A stretch of 64,000 nt of DNA from Bacillota bacterium (GCA_023409735.1 JAEYRB010000063.1:67307-131306), one strand, 5' to 3'; counted from the stretch's first letter, positions 10,030 through 20,153 are shown. The notes: generated from the sequence alone by a model not told the origin. Numbers and translations: made by a program.

Positions 10030-10890
10030 ATGCAAAAAAGTCAAATTATTGAGAAAGTTAAATATTGGCTGCTCTTGAATCTGGGTATTCTTCTGCTTAC
10101 ATTTGGGGTATACTTTTTTAAGGCCCCAAACGGCTTTGCAACCGGAGGCGTAAGCGGCTTATCGATCATCTTGTTTAGAGCTCTGCCCTACTTCACCCAG
10201 GCAGAATATATGACAATAATCAATGTTATTCTGCTTGTTGTAGGTATAATTGTTTTGGGTAAGGGGTGCGGAATTATGACTATATACTGCACTCTTTTGT
10301 TCTCTGTAGAAACAAGGCTTCTTGAGCTTATAATCCCCCTAAATGGCCCATTAACAAATCAACCGTTTATGGAGCTGACATATGCTATCCTTCTCACAGG
10401 TGTTGGTTCTGCGATAATATTTAATTGCAATGCATCCTCCGGTGGAACTGATATTGCAGCACTTATATTAAAAAAATATTCTAATCTTGATGTCGGCAAA
10501 TCACTGCTCGTTTCTGATTCTCTTATTGCCATTTCAACCTTCTTTGTTTTTGGCATTCAATCCTGCTTGTTTTCAGTTCTTGGTTTGTTTATAAAGGCGT
10601 TCCTAATAGACAACGTTATTGAAAGTATTAATCTGTGCAAGTCGTTTACTATAATCACTACTAAGCCTGAGAAAATATCTGATTATATAATGAATACACT
10701 GCATCACGGAGTTACGGCGTATACCGGTTTGGGCGAATTTACCCATGAACCCAAGACAGTTCTTATGACTGTATGTAAAAGGATCAATGCCGCAAAGCTG
10801 AAGCATATAATAAAGGAGATTGATCCTAACGCCTTCGTTATTGTCACAAATTCCAGCGAAATAATAGGAAGAGGCTTCCGTGGAGTGTAG
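10030..10890 (+). CDS. YitT family membrane protein (DUF2179 C-terminal domain)
   Basis: It has a five-TM N-terminal half (FFKAPNGFATGGVSGLSII) and a C-terminal soluble domain (...GVTAYTGLGEFTHEPKTVLMTVCKR...FVIVT). Confidence 0.8.
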   Translation: MQKSQIIEKVKYWLLLNLGILLLTFGVYFFKAPNGFATGGVSGLSIILFRALPYFTQAEYMTIINVILLVVGIIVLGKGCGIMTIYCTLLFSVETRLLELIIPLNGPLTNQPFMELTYAILLTGVGSAIIFNCNASSGGTDIAALILKKYSNLDVGKSLLVSDSLIAISTFFVFGIQSCLFSVLGLFIKAFLIDNVIESINLCKSFTIITTKPEKISDYIMNTLHHGVTAYTGLGEFTHEPKTVLMTVCKRINAAKLKHIIKEIDPNAFVIVTNSSEIIGRGFRGV

Positions 10891-11109
10891 AGCCGCAGGT
10901 CTGTCAAGATCTTAACACAGGATATCTGTAGCTAATTGCTTTGAAAAAACTATGTTCAGATATGCTACTATGGGCCATTTTTTCTATAAAATTACAACGC
11001 ATTGAAAAGTGTCAATAGAAAGAACTGAATAGAAACTGTATAATTAACATTATATATTAGTAAATTTTGCATACAATTCAAAATAATGATTTTTAGGAAG
11101 GACAAAATT

Positions 11110-12240
11110 ATGAATGATGGAGCATTTTTCACGAATCAATACACTAATTTATTTGCTCAGATTGGAATCTCTCAAGAAAAGATAGATATGAGGATTAATG
11201 AAACCTTTGAAACGATGTTCTTTGATCCCGAGGAACGTATTTACTTTGAAAAGGGCAATGATATGGGATATATGCTGGACACCGGAAATATGGATGCCCG
11301 TACTGAGGGAATGAGCTATGGAATGATGATGGCGGTTCAAATGGACAGAAAGGATATTTTTGATCGTTTGTGGCTTTTTTCAAAAACATATATGTACCAA
11401 AGCAAAGGGAAATACCAGGGCTATTTTGCCTGGTCTGTTTCTCCTGAAGGAGTAAAAAATGCAGAAGGCCCGGCACCTGATGGCGAGGAATACTACGCTA
11501 TGGCTCTTTTCTTTGCCGGCAAAAGATGGGGTGACGGCGCTGAACCATTCAATTACAGTGTTCAGGCAAGAGACATTCTTCGCCATTGTATTCATCAATC
11601 TGAGATAGTTAAAAAAGGAAGCCCCATGTGGGATAGTACCAATCATTATATTAAATTTGTTCCTGAGACTCCGTTTTCTGACCCATCATACCATCTGCCC
11701 CATTTTTATGAGCTGTTTGCACTACTGGCAGATGAACAGGACAGGGAGTTTTGGAAAATAGCTGCAGAAGAAAGCCGTAAGTATCTACATAAGGTATGTG
11801 ACCCGATTACAGGCTTATCACCTGAGCTTTCGGAATTTGACGGCTCGCCTTCCAGGCATCCTGACAGAAGCCATTATTTTTCTGACGCATATCGTGTGGT
11901 TATGAATATCGGACTTGATGTCTCATGGTTCAACAGAGATGAAAAGTTAGTGGCTATTGCCGATAAGCTGCAGGCCTTTTTCAGCGAAAAAACCAGGCTC
12001 GGTGAATACACTACATATACACTGAAGGGCGAGTCGATCAACGGGCCGGTTTTACACCCATATGCAATAATTGCGACAAATGCAGCAGGCTCTCTTGCAG
12101 CAAAGGGTAAATATCGTATGGATTGGGTCAAAAATTTGTGGGAGCTGCCGCTTAGAAAGGGCGACCGAAGATACTATGACAACTGTTTATATTTCTTCTG
12201 CATGCTGATGCTTGCAGGGCAATATAAAATATATATATAA
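11110..12240 (+). CDS. glycoside hydrolase family 8 (Rex-type reducing-end xylose-releasing exo-oligoxylanase-like)
   Basis: The ATG at 11110 follows AGGAAGGA (track start is 11086). It lacks a signal peptide. DARTEGMSYGMMMAV and GPAPDGEEYYAMALFFAGKRWG are GH8 signature regions. Confidence 0.85.
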   Translation: MNDGAFFTNQYTNLFAQIGISQEKIDMRINETFETMFFDPEERIYFEKGNDMGYMLDTGNMDARTEGMSYGMMMAVQMDRKDIFDRLWLFSKTYMYQSKGKYQGYFAWSVSPEGVKNAEGPAPDGEEYYAMALFFAGKRWGDGAEPFNYSVQARDILRHCIHQSEIVKKGSPMWDSTNHYIKFVPETPFSDPSYHLPHFYELFALLADEQDREFWKIAAEESRKYLHKVCDPITGLSPELSEFDGSPSRHPDRSHYFSDAYRVVMNIGLDVSWFNRDEKLVAIADKLQAFFSEKTRLGEYTTYTLKGESINGPVLHPYAIIATNAAGSLAAKGKYRMDWVKNLWELPLRKGDRRYYDNCLYFFCMLMLAGQYKIYI

Positions 12241-12413
12241 AGAAGAAAATTTTCCTACAACCGAAAATTTCTTTGAACCAAAATGTTTTAATGGAAAATA
12301 TAGCTGGCAAGTGTTTTACAGTATATTGTTTGTATGGGCCACAGTGTAATACCTTTATTTGCATAAAATAATAACAGCATAATACATAGGCTGCGGTTAT
12401 TATATAGGTCAAT

Positions 12414-12453
12414 ATATTGTGCTATGTAGCTTACATGATACATAGCACAATAT
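12414..12453. terminator. perfect 15-bp-stem hairpin between the GH8 and GH1 genes
   Basis: ATATTGTGCTATGTA (12414-12428) is exactly complementary to TACATAGCACAATAT (12439-12453), with a 10-nt loop. The downstream sequence CCACTTTGTTTATTT is only a moderate U-tract. Confidence 0.45.
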
Positions 12454-12523
12454 CCACTTTGTTTATTTACATTTATATTGGGACTTAAATGTAAATTGAA
12501 TACATATGTGAGGTTGGTTTGTT

Positions 12524-13837
12524 ATGTATACTAAATCTAGCGGAGCCGACGGTTATATGTTTCATCTTAAGCAAGGAATGCTACTTGGAGCTGCAACAGC
12601 GGCTACTCAGATTGAGGGCGGTGAATGCAGTCATAACTGGAATGACTGGTATCACAAGGGGAAAATTAAGGATGGGTCGGACCCGGCGCACACCACTGAA
12701 CACTACAGGCTATGGCGTGCGGATGCCGACCTGATATCCTCTATGGGACTTAAGGTATACCGCTTCGGAGTGGAATGGTCACGCCTTTGTCCTGCTGAAG
12801 GTACAATTGATGAAGCTGTTGTTGTACACTATCGTGAGGAAATGAAGTATCTGCGTAATAAGGGAATATCCCTTTTGCTAACTATTCATCATTTTACAAA
12901 TCCTATGTGGTTCGAGAAAAAGGGCGGCTTTACAAAATCCGAAAATATTAAATATTATCTTGAACTCGTATCTCTTATAGTCCGTTCGTTTGGAGATATT
13001 GTGTCAGAATATATAACGATCAACGAGCCCAACGTCTATGCTGTAAATTCCTTCTACCTCGGAGAATGGCCTCCGGCAGAAAAGTCAATGAAGCAAACAA
13101 TAGCAGTTATGTCAAATATGGCTGTGTGCCATATTGAAGCGTATAAGCTGATACACAAAATGCGCAGTGAGAGGGGTTTTGATGACACAAAGGTAAGCTT
13201 TGCGAATCACCTTCGTGTATTTGAGCCTGCAAATAGAAAAAATCCAAGGCATGTCATCTGCTCAAGAGCACTTGAATACTTGTTCCAGGGTGCCCTCTCA
13301 AAAGCCATGTACCTTGGTAGGTTCCAATTCCCGCTTAAAGCACCCTGGCCGGTTAATCGAGGAGAATACTGCGACTTTGTTGCTATAAACTATTACACAC
13401 GGTCAACGGTTTTTGGATTTAGTAACGGAGTGAAGAAAGATGCGCCCAAAAATGATCTTGGATGGGAGATCTATCCGGAGGGGATCATAAGCTGTGTAAA
13501 GAAGATATACAGCCTGATAAAGAGGCCTGTATATATTACTGAAAACGGCACATGCGATAATAATGATAGCTTTAGATGCAGGTACTTATATGATCACCTT
13601 AAGCTTCTCAGCGAGACTGATTTGCCGGTGGAGAGGTATTATCACTGGTGCTTCTGCGACAATTTCGAGTGGAATGAGGGGGAAAGTGCCAGATTTGGCA
13701 TTGTACATACGGATTATGAAACAGAGGCCAGAACTGTCAAGAGCTCAGGTGAGTTTTATTCTGCTGTGATACGAGCTGCCGGTGTAACGACCGAAACCTT
13801 TGATAAATATGTAAAGGATCAGGAATATCATTATTAA
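12524..13837 (+). CDS. glycoside hydrolase family 1 beta-glucosidase / 6-phospho-beta-glucosidase
   Basis: It carries GAATAATQIEGG at the N-terminus, TINEPN (acid/base Glu) and YITENG (nucleophile Glu). Confidence 0.9.
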   Translation: MYTKSSGADGYMFHLKQGMLLGAATAATQIEGGECSHNWNDWYHKGKIKDGSDPAHTTEHYRLWRADADLISSMGLKVYRFGVEWSRLCPAEGTIDEAVVVHYREEMKYLRNKGISLLLTIHHFTNPMWFEKKGGFTKSENIKYYLELVSLIVRSFGDIVSEYITINEPNVYAVNSFYLGEWPPAEKSMKQTIAVMSNMAVCHIEAYKLIHKMRSERGFDDTKVSFANHLRVFEPANRKNPRHVICSRALEYLFQGALSKAMYLGRFQFPLKAPWPVNRGEYCDFVAINYYTRSTVFGFSNGVKKDAPKNDLGWEIYPEGIISCVKKIYSLIKRPVYITENGTCDNNDSFRCRYLYDHLKLLSETDLPVERYYHWCFCDNFEWNEGESARFGIVHTDYETEARTVKSSGEFYSAVIRAAGVTTETFDKYVKDQEYHY

Positions 13838-14138
13838 TTGTGAGCAAAAAAGAGTATTTTCACTAATTAAGAGTAGATTCTGTATCGGCAAAGGAAATAT
13901 TAGTTAATACTAGATGATACAAATGATAAAACCAAAAGAGGTAAATCGGGAGGTGATCAAGCTGACCCTTGCATCAATGAAATGATAGGCGTAGGATACT
14001 ATATTGTTTGGGACATTGTAAATCACCACCTTCGGGAATTAGGGCAGATGTCAAAAGCTTGCTGATAGGATCAGATGACTTGAAGCAAAGCTGCTGTTAA
14101 AAGTAATTTGGACATCTAAAGCTAAAGGAGATATTACT

Positions 14139-16481
14139 ATGATTACTGTAAAGAACAATGTATTTAGATTGGATACGGACAATACGTCATACATTTTCAG
14201 AATTACTAAATACGGCCATTTGGAGCATGTACACTACGGAACTCGGCTAAATGATATGGACTTGCCTGATACTGTGGCTCAGAAGCAGACTGCCGTCATT
14301 GGTACCAGTATAGCCTATGATGAATCAGATGATTTGTACAGCCTGGATAATATGTGCCTTGAATGGTCGGATAACGGCCGCGGAGATTTCCGGCAAAGTC
14401 CAACTGAGCTTAAGATGCCGGATAGATCATTTGTTAGTGATTTTATATATGAAGCCTACAGTATCACTGAGGAAAGTGTTCCAATGAACACCCTTCCAAC
14501 AGCCTATGGAGGCAAAACTCTTGAAATAACCATGCGGGACACCTCCTGCAGCGTCAGCCTGAAGCTTTACTACACTGTTTATGAAAAAGCCAACGTTATA
14601 ACGAGGCGTGCCGTCCTTACAAATGAAGCAGGAAGTGAACTTATTATACGCCGGCTTATGAGTATGCTTGTAGACCTTCCAGATGAGGGCTTCCGTATGC
14701 TTACTCTGGATGGAGGCTGGATCAAGGAGGCTCATGTCCATGAACGGCCGGTCCAATATGGAATAACAGTAAATTCATCTACCACTGGTGCAAGCAGCAA
14801 CCGACATAACCCGGGGTTCATGCTGGCTGAGGCAGGAGCATCCGAGGATAATGGAAATGTATACGGCTTTAACCTCATATACAGCGGCAATCATTACAGC
14901 GCTGTTGAAAAGAACGGGCGTGATTTTGTACGTGTAACTACTGGCATCAACCCGCACTGCTTCGAGTGGAGACTTGGAGAGGGTGAAAGCTTTGAAACTC
15001 CTGAAGCGGTAATGACCTTCAGCTCCTTTGGCTTCAACTGTATGAGCCATAATATGCATATGTTTGTGAATGACCATGTTGTGCGAGGCAGCTGGAAAAA
15101 CCGCGAACGTCCTGTGCTGTTCAACAACTGGGAGGGAACGTTCTTTGACTTTAATGAAGGCAAGCTTATCCAGCTGGCAAAGGACGCGAAAAAGCTTGGA
15201 GCCGAGCTGTTTGTCCTTGACGACGGGTGGTTTGGCGAAAGGGACAATGATAAGGCAGGATTAGGCGACTATTATATCAATCAGAAAAAGTTCCCTCACG
15301 GCATGAAGCATTTCTCGGATAGGATTCGTGAGCTTGGTCTTGATTTTGGTTTATGGTTTGAGCCCGAAATGGTCAATCCGGACAGCAAGCTATTCCGTGC
15401 ACATCCTGAATTTGCTGTAAGGCATCCGGACAAGAAGCCTGTCTTTGGCAGAAATCAGCTTGTTCTGGATCTGTGCAATAGTGCTGTGCGGGATTATATA
15501 GTAGACAATGTGGGAGCATTACTTGATGAAGCCGGTATAAGCTATGTCAAATGGGATATGAACCGCAGTATTGCAGAGGGGTACTCTCCTACGCTTACTG
15601 ATCAGGGCGAATTCTACCACCGTTACATAATGGGGCTTTACGATGTGCTTTCCAGAATATTCGGACCTCGTCCCGAAATACTGCTTGAGAGCTGCTCCAG
15701 TGGAGGCAATCGCTTTGACCTTGGTATGCTTTGCTTCAGCCAACAAATATGGTGCTCTGACGACACTGATCCGATTGAAAGGCTAAAAATTCAGACCGGG
15801 CTTTCATACCTGTATCCTCTATCGACAATGGGTGCTCATGTTTCACAATCGCCAAGTCAGCAGACACTGCGTGATACAGCTCTGTCAACCAGATTCAATA
15901 CTGCCTGCTTCGGCTGCCTTGGGTACGAGCTGGACCTGAAATACCTCTCAAGTGAGGAGCGAAAGGACATAACAGAGCAAATCGAGTTTTATAAGAAGCA
16001 TAGGCGCCTGTTTCAATACGGGACCTTCTCGCGCCTGGAAACCGGCAAATATAATAAAACTGCCTGGCAGTGTGTTGGAGACAATGGCAATTCAGCTATC
16101 GCGGGATTATTCCAGACTATATTTGAAGCTGCCCAAAGCAATGACAGGCTGAAGGTGATAGGACTTAACGATGGGATGTATAATGTGGAGACCAGAGCGC
16201 AGCGCTTGTATATTGAACGCTTCGGCGGACTTGTGAAGCACTTGCTGCCTGTTGAGCTTAACCCCGATGGTATTGTACTGCGAACAGTCAACCGTCATTA
16301 CAGCATGACAGACTGTGTAGAAAAGTACAAATGCTCAGCAGATGCGCTTCAGGCGGGTATTCCGCTTTGCAGCCAGTTTATGGGCTCAGGTTATAATGAG
16401 AAAATTCGCATGCTTGGCGATTTTGGTTCAAACATATTCATTATTCAGAAAACAGATACGGAGGTAAAATGCCATGAATAG
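14139..16481 (+). CDS. alpha-galactosidase, GH36
   Basis: The RBS is AAAGGAG. GH36 hallmarks are present: LDDGWFGERDNDKAGLGDY, GLWFEPEMVNPDS, YVKWDMNR and LESCSSGGNRFD. Confidence 0.9.
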   Translation: MITVKNNVFRLDTDNTSYIFRITKYGHLEHVHYGTRLNDMDLPDTVAQKQTAVIGTSIAYDESDDLYSLDNMCLEWSDNGRGDFRQSPTELKMPDRSFVSDFIYEAYSITEESVPMNTLPTAYGGKTLEITMRDTSCSVSLKLYYTVYEKANVITRRAVLTNEAGSELIIRRLMSMLVDLPDEGFRMLTLDGGWIKEAHVHERPVQYGITVNSSTTGASSNRHNPGFMLAEAGASEDNGNVYGFNLIYSGNHYSAVEKNGRDFVRVTTGINPHCFEWRLGEGESFETPEAVMTFSSFGFNCMSHNMHMFVNDHVVRGSWKNRERPVLFNNWEGTFFDFNEGKLIQLAKDAKKLGAELFVLDDGWFGERDNDKAGLGDYYINQKKFPHGMKHFSDRIRELGLDFGLWFEPEMVNPDSKLFRAHPEFAVRHPDKKPVFGRNQLVLDLCNSAVRDYIVDNVGALLDEAGISYVKWDMNRSIAEGYSPTLTDQGEFYHRYIMGLYDVLSRIFGPRPEILLESCSSGGNRFDLGMLCFSQQIWCSDDTDPIERLKIQTGLSYLYPLSTMGAHVSQSPSQQTLRDTALSTRFNTACFGCLGYELDLKYLSSEERKDITEQIEFYKKHRRLFQYGTFSRLETGKYNKTAWQCVGDNGNSAIAGLFQTIFEAAQSNDRLKVIGLNDGMYNVETRAQRLYIERFGGLVKHLLPVELNPDGIVLRTVNRHYSMTDCVEKYKCSADALQAGIPLCSQFMGSGYNEKIRMLGDFGSNIFIIQKTDTEVKCHE

Positions 16482-17835
16482 CAGTTCAAGACGCAACAGG
16501 TACTTCTTCGGACTCGGCACGGTGGGAAGGGATATGCTTTATTCTCTTGTAAGCATGTATCTTCTTTTCTACCTGACAGATATACTTAACCTTCCTGATT
16601 CAACAATGTGGTGGATGACAGGTGCTCTTACGATGCTCCGGGTTTTTGATGCTGTCAACGATCCCATTATGGGCTTTCTTGTAGATAATACCCATACACG
16701 TTTTGGCAAGTTTAAGCCGTGGATCGCTTTGGGTGGACTTTTCGGAGGCGTTTTTACAGTACTGCTGTTTACTGACCTTGGGCTAAGAGGTGCAGGATAT
16801 GTAACTTCTTTTGTGATCATATACCTTCTTTGGGATTTCATATATGGTGCTAACGATATTGCATACTGGTCCATGCTGCCGTCATTGACAATAGACCAAA
16901 AGGAACGTGAAAAGACCGGATCCTTTGCAAGAATCTGTGCAAACATAGGAATGTATGTGGTAGTGGTCGGTATAGTTCCTATAACAAAGGCAATGGGCAA
17001 CGGAAAGGATGCGTGGTTCATTTTTGCCTGTGCTGTAGTAATTATTACATGGGCATTCTTATGCTTCACCCTTTTTGGGGTAAAGGAGAATCGCTCCTTG
17101 TATAAAAAAGATGAGGGTACCTCACTTAAGGAGCTATTCATTGTACTGTTCAAAAATGACCAGCTCATGTTTACTGCAATATCCATGGCACTTTTTATGA
17201 TAGGCTATAGCACTACAACGAGTTTTGGACTTTATTATTTTAAATATGCCTATAAAAATGAAAATATGTACTCTGTATTTGCAGGAGTGCTTGGAGTATC
17301 ACAACTTCTTGCTTTGACGATATTCCCCGTCTTTTCAAAGAGATACAGCCGAAAGCAGCTGTATGGCTTTGCGACAGTTCTTGTAGTGCTAGGGTATATA
17401 GTTTTCTTCTTATCACCTATGAATATGATATACATTGGCATTGCCGGAGTCCTGATTTTTATCGGGCAGGCATTCATACAGCTATTGATGCTTGTATTCT
17501 TGGCAGATACTGTGGAATACGGCCAGTGGAAGCTGGGACGCCGCAACGAGAGTATTACATTCTCTGTACAGCCCTTTATAAATAAGATAGGAGGGGCAAT
17601 TGCCAGCGGCATAGTTGGAGCCACACTGATAATTTCCGGTATCAACTCTGCAGCAACGCCTGATGATGTAACGGAAACGGGGCTAACCATCATGAAGATA
17701 GCTATGCTTATACTGCCTCTTATTTCAATAGCTGCGGGCTATGTGGTATACCGTTTGAAATTTAAAATCGATAAGGAAATGTTTGATAGGATAGTTAAGG
17801 AGTTAGCAAAGCGTGGTGATATTAATGCTGATTAA
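16474..17835 (+). CDS. glycoside-pentoside-hexuronide (GPH):cation symporter, MelB-like
   Basis: It is a 12-TM protein. The N-terminus YFFGLGTVGRDMLYSLVSMYLLFYLTD...DAVNDPIMGFLVDNT..RFGKFKPW is diagnostic for GPH. The start overlaps the GH36 stop by 8 nt, which suggests translational coupling. Confidence 0.85.
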   Translation: MNSSSRRNRYFFGLGTVGRDMLYSLVSMYLLFYLTDILNLPDSTMWWMTGALTMLRVFDAVNDPIMGFLVDNTHTRFGKFKPWIALGGLFGGVFTVLLFTDLGLRGAGYVTSFVIIYLLWDFIYGANDIAYWSMLPSLTIDQKEREKTGSFARICANIGMYVVVVGIVPITKAMGNGKDAWFIFACAVVIITWAFLCFTLFGVKENRSLYKKDEGTSLKELFIVLFKNDQLMFTAISMALFMIGYSTTTSFGLYYFKYAYKNENMYSVFAGVLGVSQLLALTIFPVFSKRYSRKQLYGFATVLVVLGYIVFFLSPMNMIYIGIAGVLIFIGQAFIQLLMLVFLADTVEYGQWKLGRRNESITFSVQPFINKIGGAIASGIVGATLIISGINSAATPDDVTETGLTIMKIAMLILPLISIAAGYVVYRLKFKIDKEMFDRIVKELAKRGDINAD

Positions 17836-17845
17836 CATGAGTCAG

Positions 17846-17919
17846 TAGGGGACGGTTCCTTATTGACTCATCTGATTTTACATAGGGGACGGTTCCGTAT
17901 TGTCTCTTCTGATTTTACA
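17846..17919. repeat. two tandem 37-bp repeats containing GGGGACGGTTCC (REP-like)
   Basis: TAGGGGACGGTTCCTTATTGACTCATCTGATTTTACA (17846-17882) is followed directly by TAGGGGACGGTTCCGTATTGTCTCTTCTGATTTTACA (17883-17919). The pair starts 10 nt after the symporter stop. Confidence 0.85.
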
Positions 17920-17960
17920 CAATACGAAACTACCTATCATATCCACAAGGGGCGGATAAA

Positions 17961-18128
17961 ATGCCGAGAAGAAGCCGAAACTTAAGTAAAAGTATAATAT
18001 GTCATGCCATGTCCAAACATATCTTTTACTTTTACGATCCGGATGGCTCAGGGGAAAAGGGTCATGTGACTGCAGCCCGCAGGAAGCTGGGATATCCCTT
18101 GATTACGGTTGACACTGAGAAAATATAG
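17961..18128 (+). pseudogene. 55-codon ORF whose N-terminus resembles IS200/RAYT (COG1943) transposases; probable decayed fragment
   Basis: MPRRSRNLSKSIICHAMSK resembles the common clostridial COG1943 start MPR.AR..S.SGIYH.M.RG. The remainder is unrelated and the ORF is far shorter than the ~150+ aa expected. It is below the track length cut-off. Confidence 0.35.
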
Positions 18129-18152
18129 ATATTAATCGGAGGACACGAAGAA

Positions 18153-20042
18153 ATGTTGACCACAAATAACAGGATAAAAGATATATATTCCAATCCTATT
18201 GGACGTGATATTATCCGAAGGATACTTCTTCAGGCAGGCGCGTCGGAAGCTCTGGTAACAAATCCAGTGGTGAGCAATATAAAGCTTAAGGCCTTGCCAC
18301 GGCTTACGAGAAATTACGTAGATAAGAAGTTCATTGATACTATACTGGGGCTTCTCAATGGTGAACCGGATGTGCCGCATAATGATGAAGCTCCTGCCGC
18401 GCATGCCTGGTGGAAGGAAGCTGTTTTTTATCAGATATACCCTAGAAGCTTTAAGGACAGCAACTCTGATGGAATAGGTGATCTCAAGGGGATAATTGAT
18501 AAGCTGGATTATCTTAAGGAGCTTGGAATAGACGCTATATGGCTATCTCCTGTTTATGACTCTCCCAACGATGATAATGGCTATGATATACGCGATTATA
18601 AAAAAATCATGACCGAATTCGGTACAAATGAAGATTTTGATGAACTGCTTGAAAATACCCACTCGCGAGGTATGCGCCTTATCATGGATCTCGTTGTAAA
18701 CCATACCTCCGATGAACATGAGTGGTTCAGAAGGGCTGTTAATGAACCCGGCTCAAAATACGGAGATTACTACTTTTTTCGGGATAAGCCCAATAACTGG
18801 ACATCCTTCTTCAGCGGGAGTGCATGGAGGTATATAGAAGAGCGCGGTCAGTATGCTCTGCATCTGTTCTCAAAAAAGCAGATGGATCTTAATTGGGATA
18901 ACCCGGAGGTCCGCCGGGAGGTTATAGACATGGTCCGATGGTGGTTGGAAAAAGGTGTTGACGGCTTTAGAATGGATGTGGTCAACTACATTTCAAAGCG
19001 TAAGGAGCTGCCTGATGGAAATGAAAAGATTGGTGCCCTTATGGGGTTTTATGGTGTAGAGCATTATTTTTATGGGCCGCACCTTCATGAATACCTGCGT
19101 GAACTGAAAAAAGAGGCGTTCAAGCCTTTTAAAGCATTTTCTGTAGGAGAAACGCCGGGGATCGGTATGGAGATGAGCAAGCTTATTACTGCTGATTATC
19201 GTGGCGAGCTTGACATGGTGTTTTCCTTTGATCATCTGGAAAACCCCGGCCACGATCGTTATGATGATTATAAATACGACCTTGACTACTACAAGAAAAA
19301 TATGATCAACTGGATGGAGAATTACGGTAATCATTGCCAGCCTTCCTTGTTTTTTGAGAATCATGATAATCCGCGTATGGTGTCAAAGGTTGATCCTGAC
19401 CCGCAGTATCGCAATATTCTGGCCAAGCTTCTTGCTGTAATGCAGCTTACTCTTCGCGGTACGCCATTTATTTATCAGGGACAGGAGCTGGGGATGGTTA
19501 ACAATAGCTTTAACTCCATTGACCAGTTGAGAGATGTGGAGGCCTTAAATCTGTATGAAGAGCTTTGCAAAAAAATGAGCAGCGAAGCAGCCTTTAATAA
19601 AATTCTTGCAGGAACAAGAGATCATGCACGCACACCAATGCAGTGGGATGACAGTATTTACGCCGGCTTTTCGGATGCTGAGCCCTGGATTGGAATGGAT
19701 GATGATTATAAAAAATGCAATGTCAAGTCTCAAATGTCGGATAAGGACTCTGTTTGGAGCTTTTACCACAGGCTTATCAATATTCGCAGGCAGCACCTTT
19801 CTCTTATATATGGTGAGATAGAAATTGTTAATAAAAGAGCCAGGAAGCTATTCACATATTACCGCAGAGATGATAACGAGACGCTTTATATCGAATGTAA
19901 CCTTGGTAGAGAAACACTAAAGCGTAAAGCCGGATTAAATAATGCTGTTTGCCTGATATCAAACTATACAGACAGGTCGAATAATTTGCGGCCATATGAG
20001 GCAAATGTATGGATGATCAACAATGATAAACTGCAAAGATGA
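18153..20042 (+). CDS. GH13 oligo-1,6-glucosidase / alpha-glucosidase (subfamily 31-like) with ~85-aa N-terminal extension
   Basis: The RBS is GGAGGA. GH13 regions I-IV are present: WWKEAVFYQIYPRSF, DAIWLSPVYDSPNDDNGYDIRDY, GFRMDVVNY, VGETPG and FFENHDNPR. Confidence 0.9.
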   Translation: MLTTNNRIKDIYSNPIGRDIIRRILLQAGASEALVTNPVVSNIKLKALPRLTRNYVDKKFIDTILGLLNGEPDVPHNDEAPAAHAWWKEAVFYQIYPRSFKDSNSDGIGDLKGIIDKLDYLKELGIDAIWLSPVYDSPNDDNGYDIRDYKKIMTEFGTNEDFDELLENTHSRGMRLIMDLVVNHTSDEHEWFRRAVNEPGSKYGDYYFFRDKPNNWTSFFSGSAWRYIEERGQYALHLFSKKQMDLNWDNPEVRREVIDMVRWWLEKGVDGFRMDVVNYISKRKELPDGNEKIGALMGFYGVEHYFYGPHLHEYLRELKKEAFKPFKAFSVGETPGIGMEMSKLITADYRGELDMVFSFDHLENPGHDRYDDYKYDLDYYKKNMINWMENYGNHCQPSLFFENHDNPRMVSKVDPDPQYRNILAKLLAVMQLTLRGTPFIYQGQELGMVNNSFNSIDQLRDVEALNLYEELCKKMSSEAAFNKILAGTRDHARTPMQWDDSIYAGFSDAEPWIGMDDDYKKCNVKSQMSDKDSVWSFYHRLINIRRQHLSLIYGEIEIVNKRARKLFTYYRRDDNETLYIECNLGRETLKRKAGLNNAVCLISNYTDRSNNLRPYEANVWMINNDKLQR

Positions 20043-20108
20043 TATAGATTACTAGCTAATGTGCTACAACATAGACCATGCGCCGATATTTTTTTGACGG
20101 CTGCAAGG

Positions 20109-20153
20109 TCTGTTGTCGCTATCCATAGAAAGATCTCTACAACAGAAGTTTTG
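20109..20153 (+). terminator. hairpin downstream of the GH13 gene
   Basis: TCTGTTGT (20109-20116) pairs with ACAACAGA (20139-20146) across a 22-nt loop. It is followed by AGTTTTGATT. Confidence 0.45.

Noticed and set aside
16569-17186. 205-aa ORF antisense to the GPH symporter (also 17250..17693)
   Set aside because: The sense strand encodes a clear MelB-like transporter. The antisense products have no motifs or RBS.
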